Of a stretch of 64,000 nucleotides of DNA, positions 49,325 through 63,089 are shown one piece after another. Numbering within the stretch: position 1 is the stretch's first letter; each line of letters starts with the position of its first letter. The stretch lies in assembly GCF_018350175.1 (NCBI RefSeq), contig NC_058368.1, forward strand, positions 70,186,001 to 70,250,000, given 5' to 3'. Below the pieces are notes generated by a model. The model was not told the origin of the DNA and did not search any database. It saw only the letters and a list, made by a program, of their open reading frames with translations. This stretch comes from Felis catus (taxonomy: Eukaryota). The position numbers and the translations under genes are program-made.

Positions 49325-51436
49325 AAGAAGGCTTATCCCTTACTCCAACACCCAGATTAGTAAGAGAGACCTGGGGCTAAAACCTTGGGTCACATGACTA
49401 AATCCTGGGTCTTGCCTGGAGAGCACCTACCATCCCTCTGATTGACTTGTGTTCCATTTGGTAACATTACCTTGAGGGAGGTACAAGCCAGCCCACTTTC
49501 TTGTTTCCGAGCTCTCTGTGTATGGCTCTGTAGGTCCTCCTCTAGAATGCAATTTTAATTGCTAGCTAAACAGACCATATGTTTGTGTGAACACCTGGCA
49601 TAGTGAATATGCCCTTAATTACATATTCCAAGATACTGGTGAGCTTTCCTCCCTCACGCTCTCCTCGCTGCTCAGGTGTAAAGTTTCACTTATGCGTCAA
49701 GGAGGGTTCCTCTCAAGTCCCTCCATGCGTTTGCCAGTGCGGTGCTCCGGTCATGTCAGAGCATCAGGCCTCCGCACTTGCGCTCCTCCTGAAATGCCAC
49801 CCAAAGTCTTATTTTAAACAAGTGGAGCGGACATGACGCTTTGCAGATTAAATGCTACCCAGATGAGGAAGTCCTGACTCAACGACGTCTGGCATCAGGG
49901 CACTGGGCTGAGCTTCCTTACTCTGTCCTCTCTGGATCTCACACACGCGCTCACATGCATGCTCGGGGTGCTGCTGGGCACTCCGAGCAGGACACACTTG
50001 GCAGTGTCCAGGCTCGGCCAGGCAGCCCTTCTGGAAAAGGGCAGAGCAATGGACATGGCAGGACCCTTTTGGGTTGTAGGAACCACACAGATTTTGAACC
50101 TAATAGCATGATCAATGGCATCTGGTAATTCTGACGCCAAAAACCTAGATCTTCTAAGAACCTTTTGGTTTTGTACTCAATCATATTGTGTCTCCTTCCC
50201 TTCTACTCCCCTGATCTGCTACCTTAAGATAGTTTTACAGTTAAGATAATTATGACAAAGAATGATACTCAGGGAATGTTAGAGGTACAGTATAAATAAA
50301 TCTCCATCTGTTTACACGGTCTTAGGATATCGCCTGGGCTTAGAACTTCCTCTGTGTCTGTTAGTTGTGTTTAATAACCTAGGACAAATACATTAACCAC
50401 ATAGATAATACTGCCCCCCCGTCCTCATTGCTTACAAGTCTGGTGTGTGCTTATCCATTTCTACCAATTGTGGGACATTCACCATTCTCTCCGGCCTATG
50501 TAAAATGTGAGCTAAACATTCTTTTTAAAAAAGCAAAGAAGAAGATTTGAGGAAGGGAGGGAGGGAAGAAATGTGATCTGACGTGGGGAATACACACACA
50601 TAGTGGTGGACTACTAGATTTATCTGGTATCTTTTCCTCTACATAAGAGAATCAAATCTTAGATTCACTTATGCAGGTGTGTGTGTGTGTATATATCCTC
50701 TTTCATCTAGTTATTAACGTAATTAACATCACGCCCTATTTGATCAAAGCTTTCCTAAGCACTGTGCGGTATTTTTAATAAAAATCGTGTCATATTGTGT
50801 GTGCCTCAGTGAACAAAAGCTACTTCCCTCACCAGGCTGTATTGAGGAACAATGAAGAAAATAGCTAACGTGCTTTGTAAATACAGAAATCAATCTGGCA
50901 AGCTTTGACGTGAGTGGTTTTGCAGCAGGTACCACAGTTCCCAGAGTTCCCCAGCACCTGGGACACTGTCACACTATGTTCTGCATGAATGTTCCCACCC
51001 CCCGCTATAACACGGGACGACATGTCCATCACATGTCCTAGTATCAAATGCCACAGAGCACAGCATGTACCCTCCACTGATGGATGAATGGGCCTGCTCT
51101 GCCCATAAAAGAGCATGGGGATCCAGAGGGATACCCGTGGTCAGAGGAAGACTGGGATACCCACTATGGTGTCACATCAGCTGAACCTCACTGAGAAGCA
51201 GCAGTGGTCACAGCCAGATCAGCCTCCTATCCTACAAGGCTGCCACCTTCATTTAGAAAGCATGGCACAAATCAAAGTTCATTATGGTTCCTCAATATAT
51301 CTCTATGGTTGCTAATGGAGAATCTGGTAGAGAAGCTATTTTTCACAAGTGATTTTCACCTTCACCGATATAATACTGAATTGGCACAGTTCCAAGACTG
51401 ATATCCCTTTAAGTTTGTTTAGCTGAGCAAGGTTTT

Positions 51437-51596
51437 ATTTTATTTTATTTTTCAATATATGAAATTTATTGTCAAATTGGTTTCCATACAACACCCAGTG
51501 CTCATCCCAAAAGGTGCCCTCCTCAATACCCATCACCCACCCTCCCCTCCCTCCCACCCCCCATCAACCCTCAGTTTGTTCTCAGTTTTTAAGAGT
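51437..51596 (-). mobile_element. Very short (~160 bp) L1_Fc-type 3' end
   Basis: Reverse complement closely matches ~3010-3148; TSD gctgagcaag(g/a)tttt at 51422-51436 and 51597-51611. Confidence 0.92.
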
Positions 51597-51811
51597 GCTG
51601 AGCAAGATTTTAAACAAATCAAGGAACAAATGTGATAGTCAAGGTAATAATAACAACCAAATGTTCCTAAAGCATTTTCTTTTCCTGTTGCATTTCCAAT
51701 AAGAAATAAAAGTTACAATATGTATCTTCAAAGGTTCAAGGGATCCATCTCAAGCTTAGATTAAATGCTCAAAATAGTCATTTGACCTATACCTATAACT
51801 TAATTCTTATT

Positions 51812-52030
51812 TTTTTATTAACTTTTTAAATGTTTATTTATTTTGGAGAGAGAGACAGACAGACAAACTGCAAGTGCAGGAGAGGCAGAGAGAAGGAGAC
51901 ACAGAATCCGAAGCAGGTTCCAGGTTCTGAGCTGTCTGTGCAGAGCCCGACTTGGGGCTTGAAATCACGAACCTCGAGATTGTGACCTGACGAAGTTGGA
52001 AGCTTAACCGACTGAGCCACCCAGGTGCCC
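51812..52030 (-). mobile_element. Carnivore SINE (SINEC)
   Basis: Full body; flanks tta(a/c)ttcttattt. Confidence 0.9.
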
Positions 52031-52611
52031 TTTACTTCTTATTTCTATTTGACTTTATGTATCACGTAAGTTCAATAGTCCCAGCAGTTAGGCTGAATGT
52101 GTTTATTCTTAAACTGTCCAAATTTCTATCAAACGATTTAGTGCTTTGTTACATGTTGATTCACCTTACCCATGAGCTATCCAAGGTCACCCATGCCATG
52201 ACCCATGCTGACTACCAAATGCCCACCTGTGTGATCTCAAACACCAAAGTGCCCCTTCTCCAACTGCCACTTACTATCCCTCCAGCTGTCCCACACCAAG
52301 CATTTCTGCTCGTTCACCCATAAGGTCCTCTACTGCCTTCTTTTCTCAGTCTAACACGCACCTCTAAAGATTCCCCATCCGGCCAAGAGTCCATGGGAAG
52401 CCATTTTAGGACCTCAGATGCCTCACTCTTGGGCCCTGCAGTGATTCCCCACCTCCCACACACTCCACCTTGCCACACTCCCATCTTGTTTTCTCTTCTT
52501 AGTTCTCAAGCACTAATATTCCCTAAAAGGCTGTTTTCAACAAAATCTTAGGTGGAAGAAGCCCACTCTCAGTTGGTGATTCATATATTCTCATTCTCTC
52601 CCTCCCTCTCA

Positions 52612-53250
52612 CTCATTCATTCCACTCAAGTGTTGAATTCCCGCTCTGTGTCATGTGTTTCCAGGTGCTTGGGAAACATCCGTGCACGAGACTCAGATCC
52701 CTGCTCCCACAGAGCTCACATGAATAGATACGTAAGTATGTTGGAAGTGGATAAATAATGTGGTAAGAAAAAAAATTAAACATAAACAAGACTAGGAATG
52801 TCAAAGGGGGCGGGAGAGTAGGGCAGTCATCGAGGACCTCACTAAGAAGGCGATATTTGGCAAAAGGCTTGCAGGAGGTGAGAGACGGCTGGGTAAAGGG
52901 TGCATTGGCAGAGGGGAAAGCCTGAGAAAGGGCCCTAAGGCAGGGGACGGCCCAGAGTGAAGAAAGAGCCCCCACAGAGGCCAGGGTGGTGCAGCAGAGA
53001 TAGTGGGAAGACGGTCAGGGAGGTCATGGGTAGATAAGACCACAGTAGCCCTTCGGGCCATTGTAAGGTCTTCATAGAAGGACTGTGAACACAGGAGTGA
53101 TGTCATCTGACCTACCTTCCAAACTGACTTTTTAAATTACTCTTGCTACTCCCTTAGGATAAACTGGAAGGGGGCTAGGATAGGATCTGGAAGACTTGAT
53201 AGGAGACTCTTGCGTTAGCCAAGGCGAGAAAGGATGAGGGCTGTGGCCAT
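52612..53250 (-). mobile_element. L2 fragment
   Basis: tcattcattc tail followed by L2-like body (ggccattgtaagg...caggagtgatgtcatctgac). Confidence 0.65.
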
Positions 53251-55169
53251 GGTTACAGCAGTGGAAGAACTAATCAATGACTCTTACTACCACATTACTC
53301 TTGCTGTCACCCCCCCCATCCTATTCCCCAGGTTTCCAAACCCTCCTTACTGCCCCACCTCCCCCACTGAGCTGCACCACCTCTGTGCCAGCCTGATACT
53401 AGCCCTTCAGCCCAACCCACCTCTAAATTTCTCAACAGCGAATCCTCTCCTTGCTGCTCAGAGATGGAACTCTCTCCTTCTTCCCCCAAAGACCCTTAAT
53501 TCCATCCCCAAGAACCCCCAGGGAGCCCTGTCTCAAAACACATCCCTGTGACATTGGCATCTTCAATGTCTTCCCCATTCCTGGACTTCCCTTCTTAGCT
53601 CATTCTCTCGTTTTCCCAATCCTGATAAAACCTCTTATTATCCCTCTATGCCATGATGATTCCTTCTCTCTACTACCATTTAACACTAACCCCTGCACCC
53701 CACCTGCTCACTTTGTCAGCCCTGGTCAGAGACTATCTTCACGGGAAAGATGTCCTAGGTATCAACTCCCCAGCTCATTAGGAGAGACTTGAGACTGTCT
53801 GCCTTTTCTGCCTGCCTTCTTCAACTCTTCTCACTGCCTTCCAGGACCCTGTAGTTTCCTGGCTCTTCCCCTACTTTCTGTCCCTGCTTCCCACCTCCCT
53901 CCTTCCTAAGTGAAGGCACCCCCAAGATCCAGTACCCACAGAGGCACCCCATGCCCTTGGCCTCTAGGCTGCTGACTCACATTTTTATGGGTGAGCCAAG
54001 GGAATACCCTGCTTCTCTCTCAGGCTGAACTTCTGCATTTCTAACCACTTCAAGGACTCCTAGCACCTGGATGTCATACTATCTCCAACTTTATACTCCT
54101 AGAATAAATTCCTATGGGACCCCACCTCTCTCATGATACTGGTCACATTTTTCTTATTACAAATATTCAGTTATTATCTCTTCTAAGTTTGGGGCAATTT
54201 GAAAGCAGGAACCCTGTCTTATATTTATACCTTAAGCGTCTCACAAGGCTGAGCCCTTTGCACGAGGAGGAGAACTTTCAATTATAAGCTAAACAAATAT
54301 ACTCTTCAACTCGACTGGTTGGTTCCAGCCAAAAAATAAGCTTTTAAGACCTATTTGATAATGAAAGTATGATCTGTCCCTGTTTTCTGTAAAAGTCATC
54401 ACTTGAACTAGAATTAAAATTCCCATCTCCTGAAGGTCTGGCCAATGTCAATTTAGAAATATTATTTATCCAGATTTTATTCAGGTGGGTTCAATCCTAG
54501 ACATGAACTAATATCCCAGAAACCACAATGTTCCCAGAAAGTTACACTATCGGCCGCTGAATTCCCTCTGATAAAAATTTCGAGGAATTTGTCAAAAGAA
54601 CATTTTTCAATAAAAAGCTCAAAACAAAGTACTGAGATTATTTTTTTGGCAGCATATAATAAAAAGTGAGGACAAAACACTGTGGAAAGAATTTTTTCTT
54701 TTCAAAAGGACAGATGGGAAATGAGATCAGTGACTTCCAGGCCCTTTGTAAGTAAAGGGGCCTGGCTTCCTTTTCAGGCCAGTGGTTTGTAGATCATTAT
54801 CAGTCTCATGTAAGTAGAAGAGGAAAAGAAACAGAGGACAAATAAAAATCAGGATGTTATTTAAAGGGAAATGGATTAGCCACATTTTTCTGTACAATGC
54901 TGAGAACACTCAAGGATTCTCCTGTATCTAAACATTTCCAAAAATGAAAATTTCTAGGATTGCCAATTATTAATCACCTTTCCTTGGTGCTCCTATCTTT
55001 CCTTTTAAATTCTCTTGTTGGGGAGTATGATATTGATACTAAACCATGAAGTATCAGCAGGAAGAGCACCCGAGAAATTACTCCTCACCCTGACTTCAAA
55101 CAACTTGAAGGATGACAACAATGCCACATCCACATAGCACAGGAATCCTGCAACCACACGCTCTGGTTT

Positions 55170-55593
55170 TGTTTTTTTCTTAACTGTGATAAATTATCTA
55201 TAACATAAAATTTACCATTTAAACCGTTTTTAAGTGCCCAGTTCAGTAGCATTAAGAACATTTTCACTGTGGTGCAGCCGTCCCCGTCATCCACCCACAG
55301 AACTCTTTTCATCCTGCAAAACCAAAACTCTGTACCTATTAAACAAGGAGTCCCCCTTCCCCCAGCCCCCAACAACCACCACTCTACTTCTTGTCTCTAC
55401 AAACGTGACTATTCTAAGTACCTTGCGTAAGTGGAATCATACAATATTTGTCCTAAATGATTGTCATCCTGAGCATAATGTCCTCAAGGTCCATCCATGT
55501 TGTAGCACGTCAGAATTTCCTTCCTTTTTAAAAAAATTTTTTAATGTTTATTTAGTTTGAGAGAATGAGACAGAGCATGAGTGGGGGAGGGGC

Positions 55594-55624
<31 letters not shown>

Positions 55625-55970
55625 GAGACAGAAGGAGACACAGAATCTGGAGCAGGCTCCAGGCTCTGAGCTGTCAGCCCAGAGGCCAACTCGGGGCTCA
55701 AACTCACCAATGGCGAGATCATGACATGAGCCAAAGTCGGGCCTTACCTAACTGAGCCAATCAGGTGCCCCAGAATTTCCTTCCTTTTTAAGGCTGAATA
55801 ACATTCCATTATATGGATATACCACAGTGTGTTTATCCATTCATCCACAGATGGATACTTGGGCTGTTTCCAGCTCTTGGCTGTTGGGACTAATGCTGCC
55901 AGGAACATGGGTGTTCAAGTGTCTCTAAGTCTCTACTTTCGATTCCTTTGCATACATCTCTGGAAGTGAA
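55170..55970 (-). mobile_element. L1MB-like 3' end with a SINEC inserted at ~55531-55770
   Basis: cataaaatttaccattt...ggctgaataacattccatt; SINE TSD cagaatttccttccttttta at 55511-55530 and 55771-55790. Confidence 0.87.
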
Positions 55971-56961
55971 ATAAGATACGCTCTTTGTATTTCTTCAACA
56001 CAAATTCTACCCCTTGTTAGTTTACATCAAACACCAAAGCCTAATTTTTGTGAAATGTAAACAGTATCCATAAATTGCCTCCCAGCATCCTTTTTTGTAC
56101 TCATCACTACGTTTCCCATATCCTATCACTTTACATAACTGCACACACATTAGCGAGCTGTGTAACAAGCCAGGATACAGGCAGTTCTCAAGCAAGCTGC
56201 AGATTCAGTTAAGAACGTCACTGCCACCAGCATCACCTGGTAAAGGACTTCCAGCTGATGGGGAACCATGACTGGAAGCCAATGGTCGAAGCCACACTGG
56301 GTTCTATGTATCTGACAAGAAGAGGAGCAGTCCTGGGCATTACTTTGGAGTTATGCGGAGATGGGTCGTTTCTTCAGCAAAATTCAACTTACATTTCTTG
56401 ATCTAAAACATCCCAACAATAAAGGTTACCTCTGTCTAACTGACTTTTCAAGTTTACCTACAACTTACCCAAGGAAAAGTAACTTCTAGACTCTCACCAA
56501 GGAAACTTGATAATGGACAGTAAGTATTAGAGGAATTACGAAAATGGGGAAAAAAATCACTGTGGACTTGAACAGCTTCAGAGGACATGGGATGTGAAGC
56601 AGCCTGGGAGGGGTGAGAAGGTTCTAGAAGGTGGAAAAGAAAAGAAGATATTGGTGGCAAGGAGAACCATGAAGCCAAGACAGACACAGAACAGAACAGA
56701 CCGTAAAGCACAGGGCCGATTCTGAAAAAAGAAATTCAGCCAGCTAGTGAGGGATGTACTGGCCACACATTCCTGCCCCTGGCCCTGGCAGGTAAAACTG
56801 GACATCATAAATATTCTGAGGGCTGAGAACTGCCATTTTTTCTTTTTAAAATCCACACTGATTCCATGTCTCTCAGGTTATTTTGTCTGTTTTAAACATT
56901 TTTCTCCCACCCTTCAGCAAGTATATTTAAGAAAAAAACAATACATATATATATATTGTAT

Positions 56962-56964
<3 letters not shown>

Positions 56965-57009
<45 letters not shown>
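56965..57009. repeat. (TA)n microsatellite, about 22 units
   Basis: Seen directly. Confidence 0.95.
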
Positions 57010-57018
<9 letters not shown>

Positions 57019-57845
57019 ACATAAGACTCATTTTCAGAGAACACAGGTATCTTTAGAGGCTGACGAATATCAACATGTGTCCTGCTCTAGAACTGTATGA
57101 ATGCTTCATCACTATCCATACTTATATTTTAACAAATTCTCATTTTGCACAAAGTTCTATTATTATTTTAACAGTTAACTAATATTGTTTAACTAGCATG
57201 CATGGCAAATTAATCCCCAGCAGCATTTTGTTCCCTATTTGACCTACTTCCTAACCAACTTGCTATTTTTTTTTCCATATGAAATACTTTCTCCTGATCT
57301 AACTGTTCCCTCTGCTTGTAATAATACAAGGATAATTCCTTGTATTACTCTATTCTACCTAAAAATAGAGGGACAGACAGAGGGCATCTATGACATTCTA
57401 AGACATTCTGCTCAGTCAGCTAAATAGACAGTTATTAACATCACCAAGACAATCTAGCAAGAAAGCACAGTGTAAACGTTCTTACCTAAATAGAATATAG
57501 GAATCTCCAGGATAATAAATAACAGTATCCAAATTTAAATGGAGCCCATCATAATTACTGTGATAGGGATGAAAGCTGAAATTCAAGCTCCTTAATCTTT
57601 ATCTTCAGAAAAAAACTTCCCCCAAAAAGAAAATAACACTTGCTTACTCAATCTTGGCCAGTAAAGTGTCAGTAAATTCTTTGCCTTTTCCAGAATATTT
57701 ATGCCTCATGTCTCCAGAGAAATAGCTACAGGCAAAAGGGACAAAGGAGTTTTTCTCAAAGTTTCAATCATCTGACTCTACAATTACTTGAACATACAAG
57801 TTCCTTGTCGCTGGGGTAAGAGATGATACTAATTAACTGTATCTT

Positions 57846-58040
57846 TTATTTTATTTAAATCCAAGTCAGTTAATATACAGTGTAATGTTGGTTTCAGGAG
57901 TAGAATTTAGTGATTCATCACTTATGCACAACACCAGTGCTCATCACAAGTGCCCTCCTTTATGCCCATCCCCCATCTACCCATCCCCCCCCCCCAACAC
58001 CCCTCCAGCAACCTTCAGTTTGCTCTCTGTATTTAAGATA
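57846..58040 (-). mobile_element. Short carnivore L1 3' end
   Basis: Reverse complement resembles ~400-595; perfect 15-bp TSD aattaactgtatctt at 57831-57845 and 58041-58055. Confidence 0.88.
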
Positions 58041-59475
58041 AATTAACTGTATCTTGTTTCTTTGGTTTGTTTGCTTCTTAAATAATTTTATCTCAGGCGG
58101 GAACACAACTTTGCATTCTAGGTTACAAACACTTGGGATAACTTTGTTACTCATACGAAGAAGAATATGTACTTCACGCTCAGAGAAACTTGAGATAACC
58201 TTTAGCTTCCTCGGAGCACACTACAGGAAAAATATGTCAACATGAAGTATAATTTGTAATCATCTGACTTAACTTCTCATGCTAATAAATTTATTGCCAA
58301 GATCACAGGCGAAAGACATCACTCTGAGGTTTCCATTTCTAATTGTGCTGTCTGAATAGTCTATTCCTCCGAGGAGGTTTTCAAAGCATCCTATTTTTAG
58401 GCATGATTTGAAACCATGTATCACTGGAGAACACTCTGACAGCAGCATCACGGCTAACGGTCAATGCCACTTCTGCGGCCTTCCTTGTTTTTCAGGAAGG
58501 AATGAAAGAATAATCATTTTCTTCACATGTATCTGTAACAAGTTAAGAAAAAAAACATTTGTGAGAATTCCCACCTTTCTTACAAACTGGAGTCTCTCAA
58601 ATTTGGTGGAAGAAAAAGCTTCGAGGAATATAATTTAACAATTGTTTTTAACACGGAAGTTTCTAAAGACAATGCAGTAGGCACAGAACTATGTGTGGTG
58701 GGTGATGTTCTGGGGAATGGGATTAGAAAGAAAGTGGTGGGGGAAGCTTTTAATCGTCAAGTATTTCAATAGTGCCTATTCTGTTTTGTTCTACAAGTAC
58801 ACAGTACTTTTTAAATTAAACAACAAGGAATCAATGAAGCTTTAAAATAAATAAGGCAGCTCAAGTCGCAGAAGACAGGGCTTGGGTGGTAACAGCGCTG
58901 GGTAGAGAAGCATCAGGGCAGAAAAGGGGGAAATACCAAGATGAGGTCCCAGGACAGCAAGGCAAGTAACCAGGGCGTCCAAACAGACTGAGATGACTCC
59001 AGGTTGCCAGGCCTCTAACACCATTGGGGCCCTATTCTCGTTCCTCACTATCCTCCAAGCTCTTGTGGGTCCCTCAGCCACAGGCCGTTCGCAATCTGAA
59101 AGACTTAAAGCAACAATCTAGAGAGCAGCTCACGGAAGGAGCCATGCCAGGTCCTCTGCTGGCAGCTGCCGGGATCCAAGAACTGCACCGCATCAGAGAG
59201 GTAGGACGTCAGGACATTCCTGGCTACCCCCAGCCCTTCTATGGGACCCCACACACAGTACAGGCACTCTCATGGCAGTTTCCCAAAGTGCCATTCTAAA
59301 AGGACGCATGACAAAATCCTCTACTGCTCCCCAGCAAATCCCCTCCTTAAGGGCTAAGGCACTTGGCAAAAACCTTAAACCTCTCTTCAAACAAAGCTCG
59401 TAAGACACAGGAGGCATTTGTGTCCATTAAATCAGCCCAGAAGATAGCACTTGAATGCAAAATATAACACACAAT

Positions 59476-59554
59476 CACACACACACACACACACACACAC
59501 ATTTGTTTTTTACATCTGCTGTAGGCATATGTAAATATATGTAATACATATTCA

Positions 59555-59585
<31 letters not shown>
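59476..59585. repeat. (CA)n (59476-59499) and (TCTA)n (59557-59584) microsatellites
   Basis: Seen directly. Confidence 0.9.
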
Positions 59586-59779
59586 GCAAAAATAACACCA
59601 TTTTAAAAAATCAACCCATAAAGGAATGCCTGGAAAAACAGAATGACATAACTTTTCTCTCGTAAATAATATCTTCATCTTTTAAGAATCCTAAATTAAA
59701 CAACCAAACAATAAATCAGTAGATAAAAAAGAACTGTCTGTAAACATTGACCACACGGCTCGATTTGAAAGGTATCTAC

Positions 59780-59896
59780 CTGGAAGTCATCGTAAGGGAA
59801 GAGCAGCATCTCCCTTAAGCCATCGTTCAGGATCTGTGTCTTCTTTTGGACGATGACATTTTCATAGTCGAGTGGTTCAATCAGCTTCGGCTTTGC
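59780..59896 (-). CDS. DOCK9: DOCK9 exon ~2 (117 nt): AKPKLIEPLDYENVIVQKKTQILNDGLREMLLFPYDDFQ
   Basis: ttttag|GCA acceptor, CAG|gtagat donor, phase 0/0; DOCK-D N-terminal motif IEPLDYE. Confidence 0.96.
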
Positions 59897-60750
59897 CTAA
59901 AAGGTGAAAACATAAGCAACTGAAACATTCTTATAGACAAATGCCATTTCTTGAAATTAAAGAACTTTTTACATGTTTTTGTACTTTCCAACCCTGCTTC
60001 AATGTTAATTTTGCTACAAGGAAGAATCAGAAACAAGAGATAAAAGTTACTTTCAAAGGAACAGAAGACACTTTCTGGGATCCTAGCTACAGTCGTGCTT
60101 ATTCAGCTACTGAAGCACAGAGAAGGCTATGAGGTCTGCTGGAACTTCCAGTTGTGTCTTAGGTCACCCCTGCCTAGGTCAGTCCCTTTCCAAGCCTTAG
60201 ACTCTGCCATAAATGCCCTGCTTAGGGGTCCAACCGTGGTCTGATGGTGAAGGCTAGAGGTCCGTAGTGGCATCCTTCTTGGCCCGGGTTTAAAGCATCC
60301 ACAGGGTTCACTATTTCACATAAGGCTCCATGGAACTCTTCTCAGAGGATCAAAATATCCCTGTCTCCTGAAGTATCTATACACTTATTATCTAATACCT
60401 AAATATATAAAAGCGTGAGCTGGACCCAAACCAAGCAAGTAGGGGCAGGAGGATGGCATCACTTAAACCAGGGCTTGTGGGTGCCCCCTCGGTGGGTAGG
60501 GATGAGCATCCATACCATGCACTGAGCAGAAGAAAGAGGCAATAAGCAGGTGGGTAAAGAAATGAAAGAATAGGCCTTTTGTGACCATTTCCAAAGTTAG
60601 CCTTCTCAGTAAAAATCTCCTCTATCGATTGCCAGTCTTTGCCACAGTATTTACTGATCACTTCCTACATGGAAGGCACTACTAATGGGGCTAGGTCCGA
60701 GGTATAGATACATATTCAGCTATATCACAGTACGCCAAGTGATAAAGCAG

Positions 60751-60777
60751 GCATGCACGCATGCACGTGCGTGCACA

Positions 60778-60813
<36 letters not shown>
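60751..60813. repeat. Alternating purine-pyrimidine tract ending in (CA)16
   Basis: Seen directly. Confidence 0.92.
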
Positions 60814-60815
<2 letters not shown>

Positions 60816-60994
60816 GTTCTCAGAAGTAACTAAGTCCATTATATCAATGGTTACTTAAACATTATTTTTCTAAACTATTAATGAAAATCATTTGACTGCA
60901 TAATCTCAACATGTGGTATATATATTTAAATGACAATAAATACATAGGAAATGTATTAAGGACATCTGGTATGTGGCATCACATTGGGAATTGC

Positions 60995-61760
60995 GACTGA
61001 GGGTGCTATATGTTCCCCAAATCAGTCTCCCTTCCTTCTAGTACAACTGAACTACATTTCCAGGCCTCCCCATGGTTAGGTGTGGCCCTGTGCCTTCTGG
61101 CCAATGGCATATGAGGGGAAGGGGTCTGGCCACTGCCAAGCCTAGACCATAAAAGCCCTCTGCTAGAGACTGAATGGTGTGTCCTTTAGCAAAATTCATA
61201 TGTTGAAACCGAATCCCCCAATGTGATGGTTTTAGGAAATGGGACCTTTGGGAGGCAATTAAGTCATTATGTAGAGGCCTCATGAATTTCAATTAATAAT
61301 CTTCTAAGAGACCCCAGAGCCCCCTTCTGCCATATAAAAACACAGGGAGGGGAAAGCCGTCTATGAACCAAGAAGTGGGTTCTCTCCCCAGACACCAAGT
61401 CTGCTTGTGCCTTGACTGTAGACTTCCCAGCCTCTAGAACTGTGAGAAATAAATACGTTGTTTACACCACCCACTCCGTTATATTCCGTCCCAGCTGCTC
61501 TACGTGACTGAGAGAGCCTCCCTCCCTTCTCCCCTCTGCCATCAGGATCCACTGGATCCAGCGCAGGACTCAGGAGGCCTGAGGACAGGATAAAGCCCCA
61601 AGATAGAAGGAATCTGGATCCTGAATCACCCGGCAGAAGGCTGCCTGCTTAAAACAGGTGCTGAAATACCTTGTGAGCAAGAACTAAAGCACCTACTGTG
61701 TTAAGCCACTGTGATTCTAGAGTTGTTTAAAGAGGCAGCAAGCTTGCTCTACCTAACATA
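60995..61760 (+). mobile_element. Old MaLR LTR (MLT1I/J-like) interrupted by a younger MLT1A-like LTR at 61161-61515
   Basis: Inner element has aaaattcatatgttgaaacc...ccagcctctagaactgtgagaaataaat and is flanked by ccctc/gcctc; outer element has actacatttcc...ttctggccaatgg and tgtgttaagccactg. Confidence 0.75.
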
Positions 61761-62074
61761 TAAATGTTCATATTTAACCTCAATTACTTGATTTAGGTGG
61801 ATGCTGCAAAGATGTTCTGACATGCTAAAAAAAAAAATGCAATGACCAAACAAGGACATGGTTATTATAATTAAGCAAAATATACCTTTATGGGCAGAGA
61901 CAAAAAATATACACAAAAATTAAAGCTATCATAATGGAAGTGTAGATAATTTCTTCCTATAGGGTACTCAAAATGTTAAACTATTTCTACAGTCAAAAAA
62001 TGGTTCAAAAAAAGAGAGATTGACACAAACTATTTTCAAAGAAAGAACTGAAAATAATAAAAATACCCTCCAAA

Positions 62075-62281
62075 ATGTTTTTTTAACCGTTTATTTGGAG
62101 AGAGAGCGTGCACATGTGAGCGGGGGAGGGGCAGGGAGAGAGGGACAGAGAGAGTCCCAAGCAGGCTCCAAGCTGTCAGTGCAGAGCCCAACGTAGGGCT
62201 CAATCCCACGTACCATGAGATCATGACCTGAGCCAAAATCAAGAGTCAGATGCTAAACCGACGGAGCCACCCAGGTGCCCC
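62075..62281 (-). mobile_element. Carnivore SINE (SINEC)
   Basis: Body and reversed head gagccacccaggtgcccc. Confidence 0.9.
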
Positions 62282-62455
62282 ATCTGAAATATTTTTAATT
62301 CAATTTAAATAATATCCTCCTTTATTTTAGTTTGTTGCACTGTACAAAGCAATCAGTTTGTAAGTGCTTGTTGGCAGAATGGATAGGTGTCACGATTAGT
62401 TAACATTTTCCTTGGGAACCAGGACTACATTCCAAATAAAACCCAAAGATGCTCT

Positions 62456-62642
62456 GGGTACCTGGGTGGCTCAATAGGTTAAACATCCGACTCTAGACTT
62501 CGGCTCAGGTCACGATCTCACGGTTTGTGAGTCTGAGTCCACGTCAAGCTTGCTGCTGTCAGCTCAGAGCCCACTTGGGATCCTCTGTTCCCCTCTCTGC
62601 AACACTCATGCTCTCTCTCTCAAAAATGAATAAACATAAAAA
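62456..62642 (+). mobile_element. Carnivore SINE (SINEC)
   Basis: TSD caaagatgctc at 62443-62453 and 62643-62653. Confidence 0.9.
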
Positions 62643-63089
62643 CAAAGATGCTCATAGCTTGATACAGTGACTAGAGTTCTGGATTCTGACAGCTACACCT
62701 CCGTTACAAAGAGGTCCGATGGAAAGATACTGCAGGACGGGAAAGACTCTGCATTCTCCCCACCCCACGTGGTGTCCAGTGCATGAATGTGACCCGGTAC
62801 GCTCAGAGGGGGTGACTTGGTCCTCTACACCAGCCCTGGGGCCCTCCAAAGGCACTAGTGGGTGTGTTCCCTTCCCGCCCCTTCCAACATGGCAGAAGTG
62901 CACTCCCTCCAGGCCACAAGGCAAGGTCAGTGTGCTTGTCAGAAAACAGTGCCACAATGTGAGCCCTTGTCAGACAGCGTGCTGGAGGGACCTGCTGAGA
63001 AAGGGGTTTTTCTTAGCCTATGTTTCGGAGGTTTTTGCCTTGCTCCCATGGCACAGCTCCCTGGATAGACTATTCTTGTGTTCCTAGAG

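Noticed and set aside
5081..59896. Assignment to paralogues DOCK10 or DOCK11, or to a pseudogene
   Set aside because: Peptides match recalled DOCK9 nearly residue for residue; introns, splice sites and reading frame are intact
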